Position numbers and translations under genes: made by a program. Below are positions 25,911 through 26,584 of a stretch of DNA of 26,584 nucleotides, one piece after another (within the stretch, counting starts at the first letter, position 1; the number at the start of each line of letters is the position of its first letter). The stretch covers positions 3,001-29,584 of the forward strand of contig DOSP01000008.1 of NCBI GenBank assembly GCA_003512175.1, read 5' to 3'. The notes under the pieces are model-generated. The model was not told the DNA's origin. It saw nothing but the letters and a program-made list of their open reading frames with translations, and searched no databases. The stretch comes from Candidatus Kerfeldbacteria bacterium. GTDB lineage: Bacteria; Patescibacteriota; Patescibacteriia; UBA9570.

Positions 25911-26584
25911 ATGTCTCAACTACCCAAACCACCTACTCGGCCCTGGTATAAACGCTGGTGGTTATGGCTACTCGTTACCTTGCTAGTCATTGCTGGCATC
26001 GCCATTGCTGGTTATAGAATGACTGCCGGGCAAGCCACCACTGTTGATACGAGTCAAACCATTACTGCCGCTGTACGTGATCTCACCAAAGCCGTCAGTA
26101 CCAATGGTAAGGTGGCTCCCGAACATAGCGAACAGTTGGCGTTTAGCTTTGGTGGTAAGGTGACCGAAGTCAATGTCCAAGTGGGCGATCTGGTAGACAA
26201 AGATGCTGTCATCGCAAAAGTGAGTGGTCAATCCTTAAAAGCTCCATTTGATGGCCGCGTCCTGGCAGTTAATACCTTTGTGGGTAACACTACTACCCCG
26301 GGTGTAGCCGTGTTTGAACTTGGTTACCGCACTAATTTTGTTGATTTTATTGCTTCGGAATCCGAAGTGTTTGATTTAGTAGTTGGTCAACAAGCTGAAT
26401 TGACGATTCCTACGTATGATAATGGTGCCGTCACTTATCACGGTACCGTTGAACTGGTCGATACTAAAAAAACCACCGGTGATGTGATGAATGCACAAAC
26501 CGGTACCAGTGAAACTGGTTACCTGGTACGCATTCGACCAACTGACTTGCCGGCATCCGCTGCCAACCTGATTGGTTTAACGAT
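25911..26584 (+). CDS. Periplasmic adaptor / membrane-fusion protein (MacA/YknX-like), partial, lacking the alpha-hairpin
   Basis: Manual translation, open to the window edge: MSQLPKPPTRPWYKRWWLW, a TM helix, then GGKVTEVNVQVGDLVDKDAVIAKV-SGQS-LKAPFDGRV and SESEVFDLVVGQQAELTI...YHGTV. Confidence 0.88.
   Translation, partial: MSQLPKPPTRPWYKRWWLWLLVTLLVIAGIAIAGYRMTAGQATTVDTSQTITAAVRDLTKAVSTNGKVAPEHSEQLAFSFGGKVTEVNVQVGDLVDKDAVIAKVSGQSLKAPFDGRVLAVNTFVGNTTTPGVAVFELGYRTNFVDFIASESEVFDLVVGQQAELTIPTYDNGAVTYHGTVELVDTKKTTGDVMNAQTGTSETGYLVRIRPTDLPASAANLIGLT

Noticed and set aside
25901..25951. 16-codon upstream ORF MIYYVSTTQTTYSALV overlapping the adaptor start
   Set aside because: It has no attenuator structure or telling codon content and is probably incidental.
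492..26231. Many short ORF-track entries nested in or antisense to larger genes (for example 4513..5025, 9199..9618, 18063..18440, 21925..22284, 25983..26231)
   Set aside because: They are shadow frames of well-supported genes with no motifs or start signals of their own.
1..26584. Alternative genetic code (UGA=Gly, as in some CPR lineages)
   Set aside because: Long genes are intact in code 11, and TGA ends several genes at the expected places (csoR, znuC, tal, propeller A).

Overview
Compact bacterial chromosome segment in the standard genetic code, probably from Patescibacteria/CPR (inferred from the GAGC lipobox, a PUA-less TruB, small genes resembling CPR families from memory, overlapping genes and few Shine-Dalgarno sites). 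Positions 1 to about 4250 are an AT-rich accessory block. It holds exported hypotheticals, a HExxH protein, a QW-repeat prenyltransferase-like protein, and an intact AbiEi antitoxin whose AbiEii toxin appears deleted after 56 codons and joined to an N-terminally truncated GNAT gene. The block ends at a complete IS5-family element abutting a half-missing IS630. The more GC-rich remainder encodes an FN3-CapA protein, two paralogous secreted Asp-box beta-propeller proteins facing each other across a lipoprotein/Cys-His protein/CsoR/PRT/YbhB block, membrane proteins, VIT1 divergent from znuCB, truB, a SpoIIAA-like protein and thiN-hyp-tal. The most interesting locus is at the right end. It is a 1566-aa protein with no signal peptide (helical N-terminus, LysM modules, candidate Cys-His amidase, lysozyme/DUF1615-like C-terminus), coupled to a 97-aa helical partner and divergent from a membrane-fusion protein that lacks its alpha-hairpin. 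Eleven genes have a -10-like box 6-8 nt before the start codon, which suggests widespread leaderless mRNAs. No rRNA, tRNA or CRISPR array was seen. All family calls are by motif recognition; no searches were run.
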